Positions 30,091 through 38,949 of a DNA stretch of 64,000 nucleotides are shown piece after piece. The stretch lies in contig CAYFKU010000006.1 of NCBI GenBank assembly GCA_964343955.1, positions 6,016 to 70,015 of the forward strand, in the 5' to 3' direction. Under the pieces are notes generated by a model, which was not told the DNA's origin, did not search any database, and was given only the letters and a program-made list of their open reading frames with translations. Position 1 is the first letter of the stretch. Each line of letters opens with the position of its first letter. This DNA comes from an uncultured Rhizobium sp. (lineage in GTDB: Bacteria; Pseudomonadota; Alphaproteobacteria; Micropepsales; Micropepsaceae). The translations under genes and the position numbers were made by a program.

Positions 30091-31674
30091 ATGCTGGATC
30101 GCCGCGCCATGCTGGGGGCGGCGGTCGGCCTGCCTTCGGCGCTGGCATGGCCGCGGTCCGCCAGGGCCGCCGATGGCCGGCGCATGATCACCGCCATGAT
30201 GACGGACGATCCGGCGACACTTTGTTATCCGCTGTTCAATACGCGGCTGACGCAGGAGATCTGCGGCAACATCAACGAATCCCTGCTGCTGTTCGACTGG
30301 CAGTTCAGGCCCCAGCCCAACCTGGCCAAATCCTTCGAGATGTCACCGGACGGTTTGACCTATGTTTTCCGCCTGCGTGACGATGTGGTGTGGCATGACG
30401 GCAAGCCCTTCACCGCGCATGACGTGGCTTTCAGTTGCGGCCAGATGCTGCCGCAGCTCAATCCGCGCAGCCGCGCCGCCTTCAGCCATATCGCCAGCAT
30501 CAAGACGCCGGATCGCCATACCGTCGAGATGCGCCTGAGCCAGCCGTTCAGCGCCTTCCTGCTTTCCTTCATGGCGTCCAGCGCGCCCATGATGCCGGCG
30601 CATATCTATGAGGGCACGGACTTTCGCACCAATCCCTACAACCTCAAGCCGATCGGCACCGGGCCTTTCAAATTCGCCGAATGGAAGCGCGGTCAATATC
30701 TGCATCTGGCCCGCAACGAGCGTTACTGGCGGCCGGGACAGCCCGGCATGGATGGAATTTATTACCGCGTCTGCCCCACGCCCGAGCAGCGCCTGGTGGC
30801 GATGGAGACCGGCGCCGTCGATATCGCCATGGCCGACGATATCGACTCGGTGGTTGCCTCGCGCCTGATGAACAATCCCGATATCGTGACCCGCACCGAT
30901 GCCTATAACGGCACCGGCGAGATCACGGTGATGGAGCTGAACATGCGGCGCTGGCCCTTCAGCGACCGCCGCTTTCGCGCCGCCTTCATGCATGCCATGG
31001 ATCGCGACTTCCTGGTCAAGGCGATTAATTTCGGCCAGGGCAAGGTGGCGACCGGGCCGATCCCTTCGACCGCGCCCTATTACGACCCCAAGGTGCTGAC
31101 GCTTTATCCGCATGATCCGGCCAGGGCGAAGGCCCTGCTGAACGAGATGGGTCTCAAACCCAAATTGGGCGGCATACGTCACCGTTTCGGCATCATGCTG
31201 ACGCCGGACGGCGGCGGTCAGATGACCCGCGGCGCGCAATACATAAAGCAGGCCCTGGCCGAAGTCGGCCTGGAAGCGGAACTCGAGGCCACGGACTGGC
31301 CGACGCAGCAGCGCCGCAGCGGCAATTGGGAATTCGACTGCGACACCAACAGCTATGGCGAATATGGCGATCCCGCCATCGGCACATCACGCTTTTATCT
31401 GTCCAGCAATATCCGCAAGGGCGTGCCTCTCACCAATCTACAGGGCTATGTGAACCCCGAAGTTGACCGGCTGTTCACCCAGGCGGCGGTGGCGGTCACC
31501 CGCCAGGAGGCGCAATCCTGCTACAGCCGCCTGCAGCGGATCCTGACCCATGACGTCGCCATGGTCTGGCTTTATGAACGCAACTGCCAGTTCTTCTACA
31601 ACAGGCGGCTCAAGAATGTCGTGATGGGCCCCAACGGTCCCGCCGACGGCTTCGGCAGCGTCAAGCTCGCATGA
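30091..31674 (+). CDS. Peptide/nickel ABC transporter substrate-binding protein (family 5), Tat signal
   Basis: DRRAMLG...ARA-A Tat signal; PNLAKSFEMSPDGLTYVFRLRDDVVWHDG, PIGTGPF. Confidence 0.9.
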   Translation: MLDRRAMLGAAVGLPSALAWPRSARAADGRRMITAMMTDDPATLCYPLFNTRLTQEICGNINESLLLFDWQFRPQPNLAKSFEMSPDGLTYVFRLRDDVVWHDGKPFTAHDVAFSCGQMLPQLNPRSRAAFSHIASIKTPDRHTVEMRLSQPFSAFLLSFMASSAPMMPAHIYEGTDFRTNPYNLKPIGTGPFKFAEWKRGQYLHLARNERYWRPGQPGMDGIYYRVCPTPEQRLVAMETGAVDIAMADDIDSVVASRLMNNPDIVTRTDAYNGTGEITVMELNMRRWPFSDRRFRAAFMHAMDRDFLVKAINFGQGKVATGPIPSTAPYYDPKVLTLYPHDPARAKALLNEMGLKPKLGGIRHRFGIMLTPDGGGQMTRGAQYIKQALAEVGLEAELEATDWPTQQRRSGNWEFDCDTNSYGEYGDPAIGTSRFYLSSNIRKGVPLTNLQGYVNPEVDRLFTQAAVAVTRQEAQSCYSRLQRILTHDVAMVWLYERNCQFFYNRRLKNVVMGPNGPADGFGSVKLA

Positions 31675-32645
31675 AGCTGCGTTATATCGCATCGCGTCTG
31701 GTCAAAACCCTGCTGGTCACCATTGCCGTGGTGATCCTGAGCTTTTTCCTGATCCGCGCCGCGCCGGGCGATGCCGCCATCGTGATGGCGGGACAGTCCG
31801 GTTATGCCGACGAAGCCTATATGAAATCGCTGCGCGCCGAATATGGGCTGGACCAGCCGCTGCCGGTGCAATTCTGGGCCTATGTCTCGCGGGTCGCGCA
31901 AGGCGATCTGGGCACCTCTTATGTGCGGCGCGAAAAGGTGCTGTCCATCATCATGGAGCGTCTGCCCAACACCCTGCTGCTGAACGCCTTTGCTCTGGTG
32001 GTGGCGGCCGCGGGCGGCATCCTTCTGGGCGCGATGGCGGCGCGCAGGCCGGGCTCTGCCGGGGACGCGGCCGTCACGGTGCTGTCGATGGTGTTCTATT
32101 CGGTGCCGCAATTCTGGCTGGGCATGATGATCGTGCTGGTCTTTGCCGTCTGGTGGAACCTGTTGCCGCCCTTCGGGATCGAGACGATGGGCGCCGATTA
32201 TACCGGCCTTGCGCGGGTCGCCGATGTGGCCCAGCACATCATCCTGCCGGGTGTGACACTGGCGCTTTACTTTCTGGCCAGCTATGCGCGGCTGACCCGC
32301 ACCGCGATGATCGAGGTGGCGGACCAGGATTTCGTTAAGACCGCGCGGGCCAAGGGCATCAGTGAGCGCCAGGTCCAGCGCCGCCACATCCTCCGCAACG
32401 CCCTGATTCCGCTGGTGACATATGCGGGCCTGCAGGCTTCCATCCTGGTGGGCGGCAGCGTGCTGGTGGAGAATGTCTTTTCCTGGCCGGGCATCGGCAC
32501 CCTGGCCTATCAGGCGGTGCAGGGGCGCGACAATCCGCTGCTGCTGGGCATCTTCATCGTCACCGCCATTCTGGTCAGCCTGTTCAATCTGATTACCGAC
32601 ATCGCCTATTCCCTGGTCGATCCGCGGGTGGAGCTGGGCCGATGA
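31671..32645 (+). CDS. Peptide ABC transporter permease (OppB/DppB-like)
   Basis: APGD, GLDQPL, GDLGTS, EAA-like TARAKG, RHILRNAL, FSWPGIG. Confidence 0.92.
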   Translation: MKLRYIASRLVKTLLVTIAVVILSFFLIRAAPGDAAIVMAGQSGYADEAYMKSLRAEYGLDQPLPVQFWAYVSRVAQGDLGTSYVRREKVLSIIMERLPNTLLLNAFALVVAAAGGILLGAMAARRPGSAGDAAVTVLSMVFYSVPQFWLGMMIVLVFAVWWNLLPPFGIETMGADYTGLARVADVAQHIILPGVTLALYFLASYARLTRTAMIEVADQDFVKTARAKGISERQVQRRHILRNALIPLVTYAGLQASILVGGSVLVENVFSWPGIGTLAYQAVQGRDNPLLLGIFIVTAILVSLFNLITDIAYSLVDPRVELGR

Positions 32646-33463
32646 GTTTCGCCGCCCGTTTCTTCTCCCGTCCCGCCCCGCTGTTCGGCTTTGTCGTCTT
32701 CATCGCCATTGTGGTGATCGCGCTGGCCGCGCCGCTGCTCTTTTCCCACGGGCCGATGGCCATTGTCGGCATGCCGCTGCGTCCGCCCGGCGCCGGTCTT
32801 CTGGCCGGCAGCGATGTGATCGGCCGCGACATGGCGGTGGGGCTGGCTTATGGCGCGCGCATCTCGCTGCTGGTGGGCATTTCCTCCACCTGCTGTGCCG
32901 TCGGGGTGGGCGTGTTGCTGGGTGCGGTGGCCGGCTATTACGGCGGCGTGGTCGATGACCTCTTGATGCGCGTCACCGAATTCTTCCAGATCATTCCGAA
33001 TTTCGTGCTGGTCATGGTGCTGGTCGCCTTCCTGCAGCCCAGCCTGTCCTCGGCCGTCATCGGCATCGCGCTGATCACATGGCCGCAAGTGGCGCGGGTG
33101 GTGCGGGGACAGTTCCTTGCGCTGCGCAGCCGGGAATTCGTGGAAGCCGCCCGGGTTCTGGGCATGAGCGACCTGCGCATCATTTTCACGCAGGTCCTGC
33201 CCAATGCCCTGCCGCCGATCGTGGTGGTCAGTTCCATGATGGTGGGCAACGCCATCCTGACCGAATCCGCGCTGAGCTTTCTGGGGCTGGGCGATCCCAA
33301 TCTGATGAGCTGGGGTAGCATGATCGGGTCGTCGCGCGTGGCCATGTGGGTGGCCTGGTGGACAACCGTGCTGCCCGGTCTCTGCATCATGGTCACGGTG
33401 CTGGCGCTGAACTTTATCGGGGACGGGCTCAACGATGCCCTCAACCCGCGGCGGGGCCGGTGA
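32642..33463 (+). CDS. Peptide ABC transporter permease (OppC/DppC-like)
   Basis: GSDVIGRD, GARISL, EFVEAARVLG, LPNAL, LSFLGLG. Confidence 0.92.
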   Translation: MSFAARFFSRPAPLFGFVVFIAIVVIALAAPLLFSHGPMAIVGMPLRPPGAGLLAGSDVIGRDMAVGLAYGARISLLVGISSTCCAVGVGVLLGAVAGYYGGVVDDLLMRVTEFFQIIPNFVLVMVLVAFLQPSLSSAVIGIALITWPQVARVVRGQFLALRSREFVEAARVLGMSDLRIIFTQVLPNALPPIVVVSSMMVGNAILTESALSFLGLGDPNLMSWGSMIGSSRVAMWVAWWTTVLPGLCIMVTVLALNFIGDGLNDALNPRRGR

Positions 33464-35055
33464 TGGCCCTGCTGGCGATCCGCGACCTGACCATTGCCCT
33501 GCCGCCGGGCGCCGACCGGCCGCTGGCCGCCGAATCCGTCAGTCTTGAGGTTTCGCCAAAGGAAATCGTCTGTATTGTGGGCGAATCCGGATCGGGCAAA
33601 TCGCTGACCGCCCATGCCGTGATGGGTTTGCTGCCGCGCGGGGTTGCCGCGACCGGGGGCAGCATTTTGTTCGACGGCAGCGATCTGCTGCGCGAGCCGC
33701 CGGAACGATTGCGCCGGCGCCGTGGCCGCGACATCGCCATGATCTTCCAGGACCCGATGGCGGCGCTCAATCCGGTTCTGGCGATCGGCCGCCAGGTCAC
33801 GGAGCAGATCCGGGCGCATGAGGATATTTCGGAGGGCGCGGCGCTCAAGCGGGCCGCCGAGCTTCTGGCCGAGATGGGCCTGAAGGACGTGGACGCGCTG
33901 CTCAAGGCCTATCCGCACCAGCTTTCGGGCGGACAGCGCCAGCGGGTGATGATCGCCATGGCCCTGTCGCTGTCGCCCCGTCTTTTGATCGCCGATGAGC
34001 CCACCACTGCACTGGACGTCACCACCCAGGCGCAGATTCTGCGGCTGATACGGCGCCTGCAGGCCGAACGGGAAATGAGCGTGCTCTTCATCACGCATGA
34101 TTTCGGGGTGGTGGCCGACATGGCCAGCCGCGTGGTGGTGATGCGCCATGGCCGGGTGGTGGAAAGCGGCGCCGCCGCCAGGGTGCTGGGCGCGCCGGAC
34201 CATGCCTATACCCGCGACCTGATCGCGGCCGTGCCCAAGGGTGATCGCTATCTGCCGCCGCCGGCTGACAGTCAGCCGCTTGTCACGGTGACCGACCTGA
34301 CCAAGCGCTTCCGCCGCGGCGGCCTGTTTTCCCGCGCCGCCACGGTCACCGCGGTCGATCGGGTTTCACTGACATTGCGGCGGGGCGAGACGCTGGGGAT
34401 CGTCGGCGAATCCGGCTCCGGAAAATCCACCCTGGCGCGCTGTGTCATCCGGCTGCTCGATCCGGACGGCGGCGCCGTGCTGCTGGAGAATGACGACATC
34501 GCCCATATGAAAGAGAAGCGCTTGCGGCCGTTGCGCCGGCGCATCCAGATGGTGTTCCAGGATCCCTTCTCATCCCTCAATCCGCGCGAGACCATCGGCG
34601 ATATCCTGGTCGCCGGGCCCAGAAGCTTTGGCGAAAGCGTGGAGCAGGCCAGGCCGCGGGCGGCCGAAATACTGCGGCTGGTCGGCCTGAACCCGGAAAC
34701 CATGCATCGCTTTCCGCACGAATTTTCCGGCGGTCAGCGCCAGCGCATCGGCCTGGCCCGGGCGCTGATGCTGAAGCCCGATGTCCTGATCGCGGACGAG
34801 CCGGTCTCCGCCCTTGACGTGACGGTCCAGGCCCAGGTGTTGAAGCTGCTGGACGATGTACGCCGCCAGATGAACCTGGCCATGCTGTTCATCACCCATG
34901 ACATGCGGGTGGCGGCCGAGGTCTGTCACCGCGTGATGGTGATGCGCCACGGCAAGGTGGTGGAGGAAGGGCCGACCCGCGCGATCTTCACCGCGCCCGC
35001 CAGCGATTATACCCGCGCCCTGCTGGCCGCCATTCCCGGCCATAAAGCGCTTTAA
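33463..35055 (+). CDS. Peptide ABC transporter ATP-binding protein, fused double ATPase
   Basis: Two GESGSGKS Walker A motifs, [32 protein letters not shown]. Confidence 0.94.
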   Translation: MALLAIRDLTIALPPGADRPLAAESVSLEVSPKEIVCIVGESGSGKSLTAHAVMGLLPRGVAATGGSILFDGSDLLREPPERLRRRRGRDIAMIFQDPMAALNPVLAIGRQVTEQIRAHEDISEGAALKRAAELLAEMGLKDVDALLKAYPHQLSGGQRQRVMIAMALSLSPRLLIADEPTTALDVTTQAQILRLIRRLQAEREMSVLFITHDFGVVADMASRVVVMRHGRVVESGAAARVLGAPDHAYTRDLIAAVPKGDRYLPPPADSQPLVTVTDLTKRFRRGGLFSRAATVTAVDRVSLTLRRGETLGIVGESGSGKSTLARCVIRLLDPDGGAVLLENDDIAHMKEKRLRPLRRRIQMVFQDPFSSLNPRETIGDILVAGPRSFGESVEQARPRAAEILRLVGLNPETMHRFPHEFSGGQRQRIGLARALMLKPDVLIADEPVSALDVTVQAQVLKLLDDVRRQMNLAMLFITHDMRVAAEVCHRVMVMRHGKVVEEGPTRAIFTAPASDYTRALLAAIPGHKAL

Positions 35056-35064
35056 GGAGCCGCC

Positions 35065-36537
35065 ATGCGCATCGCCATCGCCGAACTCAAACAGGAAACC
35101 AACACGTTCGTGCCCTTCACCACCACGGTGAAGACCTTCGAGGATCAGTATCTGTATCGCGGCGCCGAGATGCTGACCGCCTTCGGCAAGGCGCGGCTGG
35201 AAGTGCCGGGCGCGCTGGATGCCATCAGCGAGGCGGGGGCGACCGCTGTGCCGCTTCTGGCCACCATGGCCATGGCCTCCGGCATCGTGGAGCGCAAAAG
35301 CTTCGACATCCTGATGGGCGAGATCGAAGAGCGCCTGAAAGCGGTTTTGCCGGTGGACGGGGTGTTCCTGGCGCTGCATGGCGCCATGATCCTGGAGGAC
35401 GAGCCCGATGCGGAGGCGGAGATCGTGCGCCGTGTGCGGGCGGTGGTGGGCGCGGGCGTTCCCATCACCGTGTCGCTCGATCTCCACGGCCATATCACAA
35501 GCGCCATGCTGCAGCCGGATGTGGCCTATATCGGCTATCGCGAATTCCCCCATATCGACATGTATGAGACCGGCTATCGCGCCACCCGGCTTCTGATCGA
35601 CTGGGTCGCCGGCAAGGTGAAGCCGGTGATGGCGCTGGCCAAGCGACACATGATCTTCTCGCCCGATACCGCGCGCACCACCGTGCCGCCGCTGGCCGAT
35701 ATCGTGGCCGAGGGCCGCGCCATGGAAGCGCGGGGCGAGGTGCTGCATGTCTCGCTCTTTCCGGTGCAGCCCTGGATCGATACGCCCGACCTGGGTTTTG
35801 CCGCCCTGGTCTGCGGCGAAAGCCAGGCTGCCGCGCAAGCCGCCGCCGACAGGCTGGTGCAGATGGCCTGGGACCGGCGCAAGGAATTCGAACCCGATGT
35901 CACGCCCCTGGACGAAATCATCCGCATCGGTTTGTCGGAACCCGGCCTGACTGTCGCCAGCGACGCGGGCGACACGCCGTCGGGTGGCGGCGCAGCCGAT
36001 TCCACCGCCGTGCTGTCGGCCTTGCTGCATGCGGGCGCGGACAAGGCTGATCGCATTTCCATCTGCACAATTTGCGATGCCGAAGCCGCCGGGGAAGCTG
36101 CCAGGGCCGGTGTCGGCAAGACGATTACCCTGAAGGTGGGCCACAAACGCTCCGGCCTGGGCGAACCGCTCACCGTCACCGGCAAGGTCAAGGTGATCAG
36201 TGACGGCACTTACATACTGGAAGGGCCCGGCGGCAACGGCATGGCCGGCGAGATGGGCGTGACGGTGGTCCTGGCCATAGGCTCGATCCGGCTGAACCTG
36301 CGTTCCATTCCCCATTTCGAATGGGATCTGGGCATCCACAAATCCGTGGGGCTTGATCCGGCGCGGGCCGCGCTGGTCTTTGTGCGCTCACCTTCGCATT
36401 TCCGGGTGTCTTATGCGCCGATCGCGGCGCGCATTTTCCTGGCCGATACACCGGGGCCGACCGGCCTGAACATGCGCAAGCTCAATTTCACCAGGGTGAC
36501 GCGGCCGCTTTATCCGCTGGACCTGGCGAACGACTAG
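35065..36537 (+). CDS. Second M81 family (MlrC-like) metallopeptidase
   Basis: KQETNTF, LALHGAMI, DLHGH, YREFPHID, DTPSGGGAAD. Confidence 0.88.
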   Translation: MRIAIAELKQETNTFVPFTTTVKTFEDQYLYRGAEMLTAFGKARLEVPGALDAISEAGATAVPLLATMAMASGIVERKSFDILMGEIEERLKAVLPVDGVFLALHGAMILEDEPDAEAEIVRRVRAVVGAGVPITVSLDLHGHITSAMLQPDVAYIGYREFPHIDMYETGYRATRLLIDWVAGKVKPVMALAKRHMIFSPDTARTTVPPLADIVAEGRAMEARGEVLHVSLFPVQPWIDTPDLGFAALVCGESQAAAQAAADRLVQMAWDRRKEFEPDVTPLDEIIRIGLSEPGLTVASDAGDTPSGGGAADSTAVLSALLHAGADKADRISICTICDAEAAGEAARAGVGKTITLKVGHKRSGLGEPLTVTGKVKVISDGTYILEGPGGNGMAGEMGVTVVLAIGSIRLNLRSIPHFEWDLGIHKSVGLDPARAALVFVRSPSHFRVSYAPIAARIFLADTPGPTGLNMRKLNFTRVTRPLYPLDLAND

Positions 36538-37001
36538 AGGGTGGCGGTCCCCCGCCGCCTTGCCGCGAAATTCTGGACGCGGAACGACTTCAAAAGATGG
36601 CGCAGCCCCGGCTCGGCCACCTTGGCGGCGGCCTTTTCCGGCGAAAGCCAAAGCAGGCTGCGCGCGCCTTTTTCCGGCCATGCGTCCAACTGATCGGTGA
36701 CCGACAGGGCAAAGACATCGACGCGGCAGGGAATGCCGCTGCCGTCCTTCTTCTCTTTCAGATAGTAAAAATTGCCGACGGGCTCGGCGTCGATCTTGCC
36801 GGTGATGCCGGCTTCTTCGAAAGCTTCGCGGGCAGCGCTTTGTGACGGCGTGAGATCGGCTTCCACCCAGCCCTTGGGAAGGATCCAGCGCCGGGAATTG
36901 AGGGACGTGATCAGCAGGACCTCGATGCCGCTCGGCCCTGCCATGCGCCAGCACAGGGCCGCCACCTGCCTGCCATGCGCACGAAAAAGAGGCTCGTCCA
37001 T
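36534..37001 (-). CDS. Nudix hydrolase, DIPP/Ddp1-like
   Basis: QVAALCWR, VLLITS, WILPKGW...AAREAFEEAG; start approximate. Confidence 0.85.
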   Translation of the reverse strand: MDEPLFRAHGRQVAALCWRMAGPSGIEVLLITSLNSRRWILPKGWVEADLTPSQSAAREAFEEAGITGKIDAEPVGNFYYLKEKKDGSGIPCRVDVFALSVTDQLDAWPEKGARSLLWLSPEKAAAKVAEPGLRHLLKSFRVQNFAARRRGTATL

Positions 37002-37154
37002 TGCCGGCCTGCCATGATTCGACAAAGGCCATCCTATAATTGATCCGCCTACGGTCAAATTAGCGCGCCGCGGGCATGGGCCAGGCGAAACCGCCGCCGC
37101 TTCTTTGCGCAGGCCCGTTTCTGTTTCGCAGCGCCGTGACCCTTGCGCTGCGCT

Positions 37155-38147
37155 TTATTTTAGTCCGATGACGCCGCCCAGCAGATAGAAGACCGCGCCG
37201 ATCAGACCGGCGGCGGGCAGGGTGATGATCCAGGCCACCACAATGTCCTTGGCCACATTCCAGCGCACGGCGGACACGCGGCGCGCCGCGCCCACGCCGA
37301 CAATGGCGCCGGTGATGGTGTGGGTGGTGGACACGGGGATGCCCATATAGTTGGCTGCGAAAAGCGTGATGGATCCGGCCGTTTCGGCGCAAACCCCCTG
37401 GGCGGGGGTCAAGTGCGTGATCCGCGAGCCCATGGTGCGCACGATACGCCAGCCGCCGAACAGGGTCCCGGCAGCCATCGCCGCCTGGCAGGACAGGACT
37501 ACCCAGAAGGGAACATGGAAGTCGCCGCTCTCCATGCCATTGGCGAAGAGCAGCGCGGCGATGATGCCCATGGTCTTTTGCGCGTCATTGCCGCCATGGC
37601 CCAGGCTGTAGGCGCTGGCGGAGATGAACTGGACATGCCGGAAAATCCGGTCCGCCTTGAATGGCGTGACTTTCAGGAAGGTCCAGGACACCAGCAGCAC
37701 CATCAGCAGCGCTAGGAAGAAGCCGGTCGCGGGGGAAACCACGATCGCGGCGGCGGTCTTGCCCAACCCGTCCCAGACGACGGCATTCCAGCCGCCGCGG
37801 CAAAGCCCCGCTCCGACCAGGCCGCCGATCAGGGCATGGGACGATGACGAGGGGATGCCGGCAAGCCAGGTGACGACATTCCAGACAATGGCCCCCATCA
37901 GGGCGCCGAAGATCACCTGATCGTTGATCATGCTGGGGGAGATGATGCCCTTGCCGACCGTGGCGGCGACATGAAGGCCGAATACCAGAAAGGCGATGAA
38001 ATTGAAGAAGGCCGCCCAGCCCACGGCATAGCGCGGCGACAGCACGCGGGTTGAGACGATGGTGGCGATGGAATTGGCGGCGTCGTGCAAGCCGTTGAGG
38101 AAGTCGAAGATCAGCGCGATGGCGATCAGGATGATGATCAGTGTCAT
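37155..38147 (-). CDS. pit: Inorganic phosphate transporter (PiT family)
   Basis: NGLHDAANSIAT, PSSSSHALIGG, HGGNDAQK, PVSTTH. Confidence 0.95.
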   Translation of the reverse strand: MTLIIILIAIALIFDFLNGLHDAANSIATIVSTRVLSPRYAVGWAAFFNFIAFLVFGLHVAATVGKGIISPSMINDQVIFGALMGAIVWNVVTWLAGIPSSSSHALIGGLVGAGLCRGGWNAVVWDGLGKTAAAIVVSPATGFFLALLMVLLVSWTFLKVTPFKADRIFRHVQFISASAYSLGHGGNDAQKTMGIIAALLFANGMESGDFHVPFWVVLSCQAAMAAGTLFGGWRIVRTMGSRITHLTPAQGVCAETAGSITLFAANYMGIPVSTTHTITGAIVGVGAARRVSAVRWNVAKDIVVAWIITLPAAGLIGAVFYLLGGVIGLK

Positions 38148-38791
38148 CAGACCTGCTCGATGAGGATGCCGCTGACCTTGTTGGCCACATCCTCGAAACG
38201 GTCCACCACCTTTTCCAGATGGTCATAGATCTCGTTGCCGATGATGAAGGCCATGGCGTCGCCGCCCTTGTGCTTCTGGTACAGGGCCTTGATCCCCTGG
38301 TCGTTCAGCTCGTCCGCCTGTTCTTCCAGCCGGGTGATTTCCTCGGCTATGGCATTGATGCGGGTGGCATTGGCCTGCATCGCCGACAGAAGTCCCACCG
38401 CTTCCACCGTCAGTTCGGCGCAGCGCAGGATGATGTCGGCCATCTGCCGCATCTGCAGCTCGAACGCCGTCACTTCGAACAGCGTGATGGCCTTGGCCGT
38501 CTTCTGCATCTGGTCGATGGCATCGTCGAGCTGGTTGATCAGTTCCTTGATGTCGCCCCGGTCAAAGGGGGTGATGAAGCTGCGGCGCACGCCCAGCAGA
38601 ACCTCGCGGGCAATGGCATCGGCCTGGTTTTCATGGGCCACGATCCGTCGGCAGGCATCGGTCACGCCCGGGCCGCCTTCCAGCAGGTCCCGCAGGGCCA
38701 CCGCGCCGTCCACCAGGGTGCGGGCATGGTCGTTGAAGAGGGCGAAAAATTTCTCCTCGCGCGGCATCAGGGCCTGGAAAAAGCGCAGCAC
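38147..38791 (-). CDS. DUF47 family phosphate transport regulator (PhoU-like fold)
   Basis: MPREEKFF, E..AD.I, FITPFDRGDI, LDDAID; GTG start at 38791; directly upstream of pit. Confidence 0.9.
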   Translation of the reverse strand: MLRFFQALMPREEKFFALFNDHARTLVDGAVALRDLLEGGPGVTDACRRIVAHENQADAIAREVLLGVRRSFITPFDRGDIKELINQLDDAIDQMQKTAKAITLFEVTAFELQMRQMADIILRCAELTVEAVGLLSAMQANATRINAIAEEITRLEEQADELNDQGIKALYQKHKGGDAMAFIIGNEIYDHLEKVVDRFEDVANKVSGILIEQV

Positions 38792-38892
38792 GAGGACTCT
38801 CCGGGGAAATGGCGGTCTCTGCTTGCTATGCCGCCCCACCCCCGTCAAGCGGGTGGGTGCCGGGATTTATAGTTCAGGCTTTTCAAAAGGTT

Positions 38893-38918
38893 AGGGGCGC
38901 CGCCGGCGCGGCGCCCCT
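38893..38918 (-). terminator. GC hairpin downstream of the PQQ dehydrogenase
   Basis: AGGGGCGCCG-N6-CGGCGCCCCT; short T tract follows after a gap. Confidence 0.5.
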
Positions 38919-38949
38919 GTCGCAAGTCCGGTATTCCTGCGGGCGGCGA

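Noticed and set aside
26356-36537. Calling the cluster a microcystin degradation (mlrABCD) locus
   Set aside because: No MlrA-like protease, the transporter is ABC rather than PTR2-type MlrD, and M81 and SxxK families are broad
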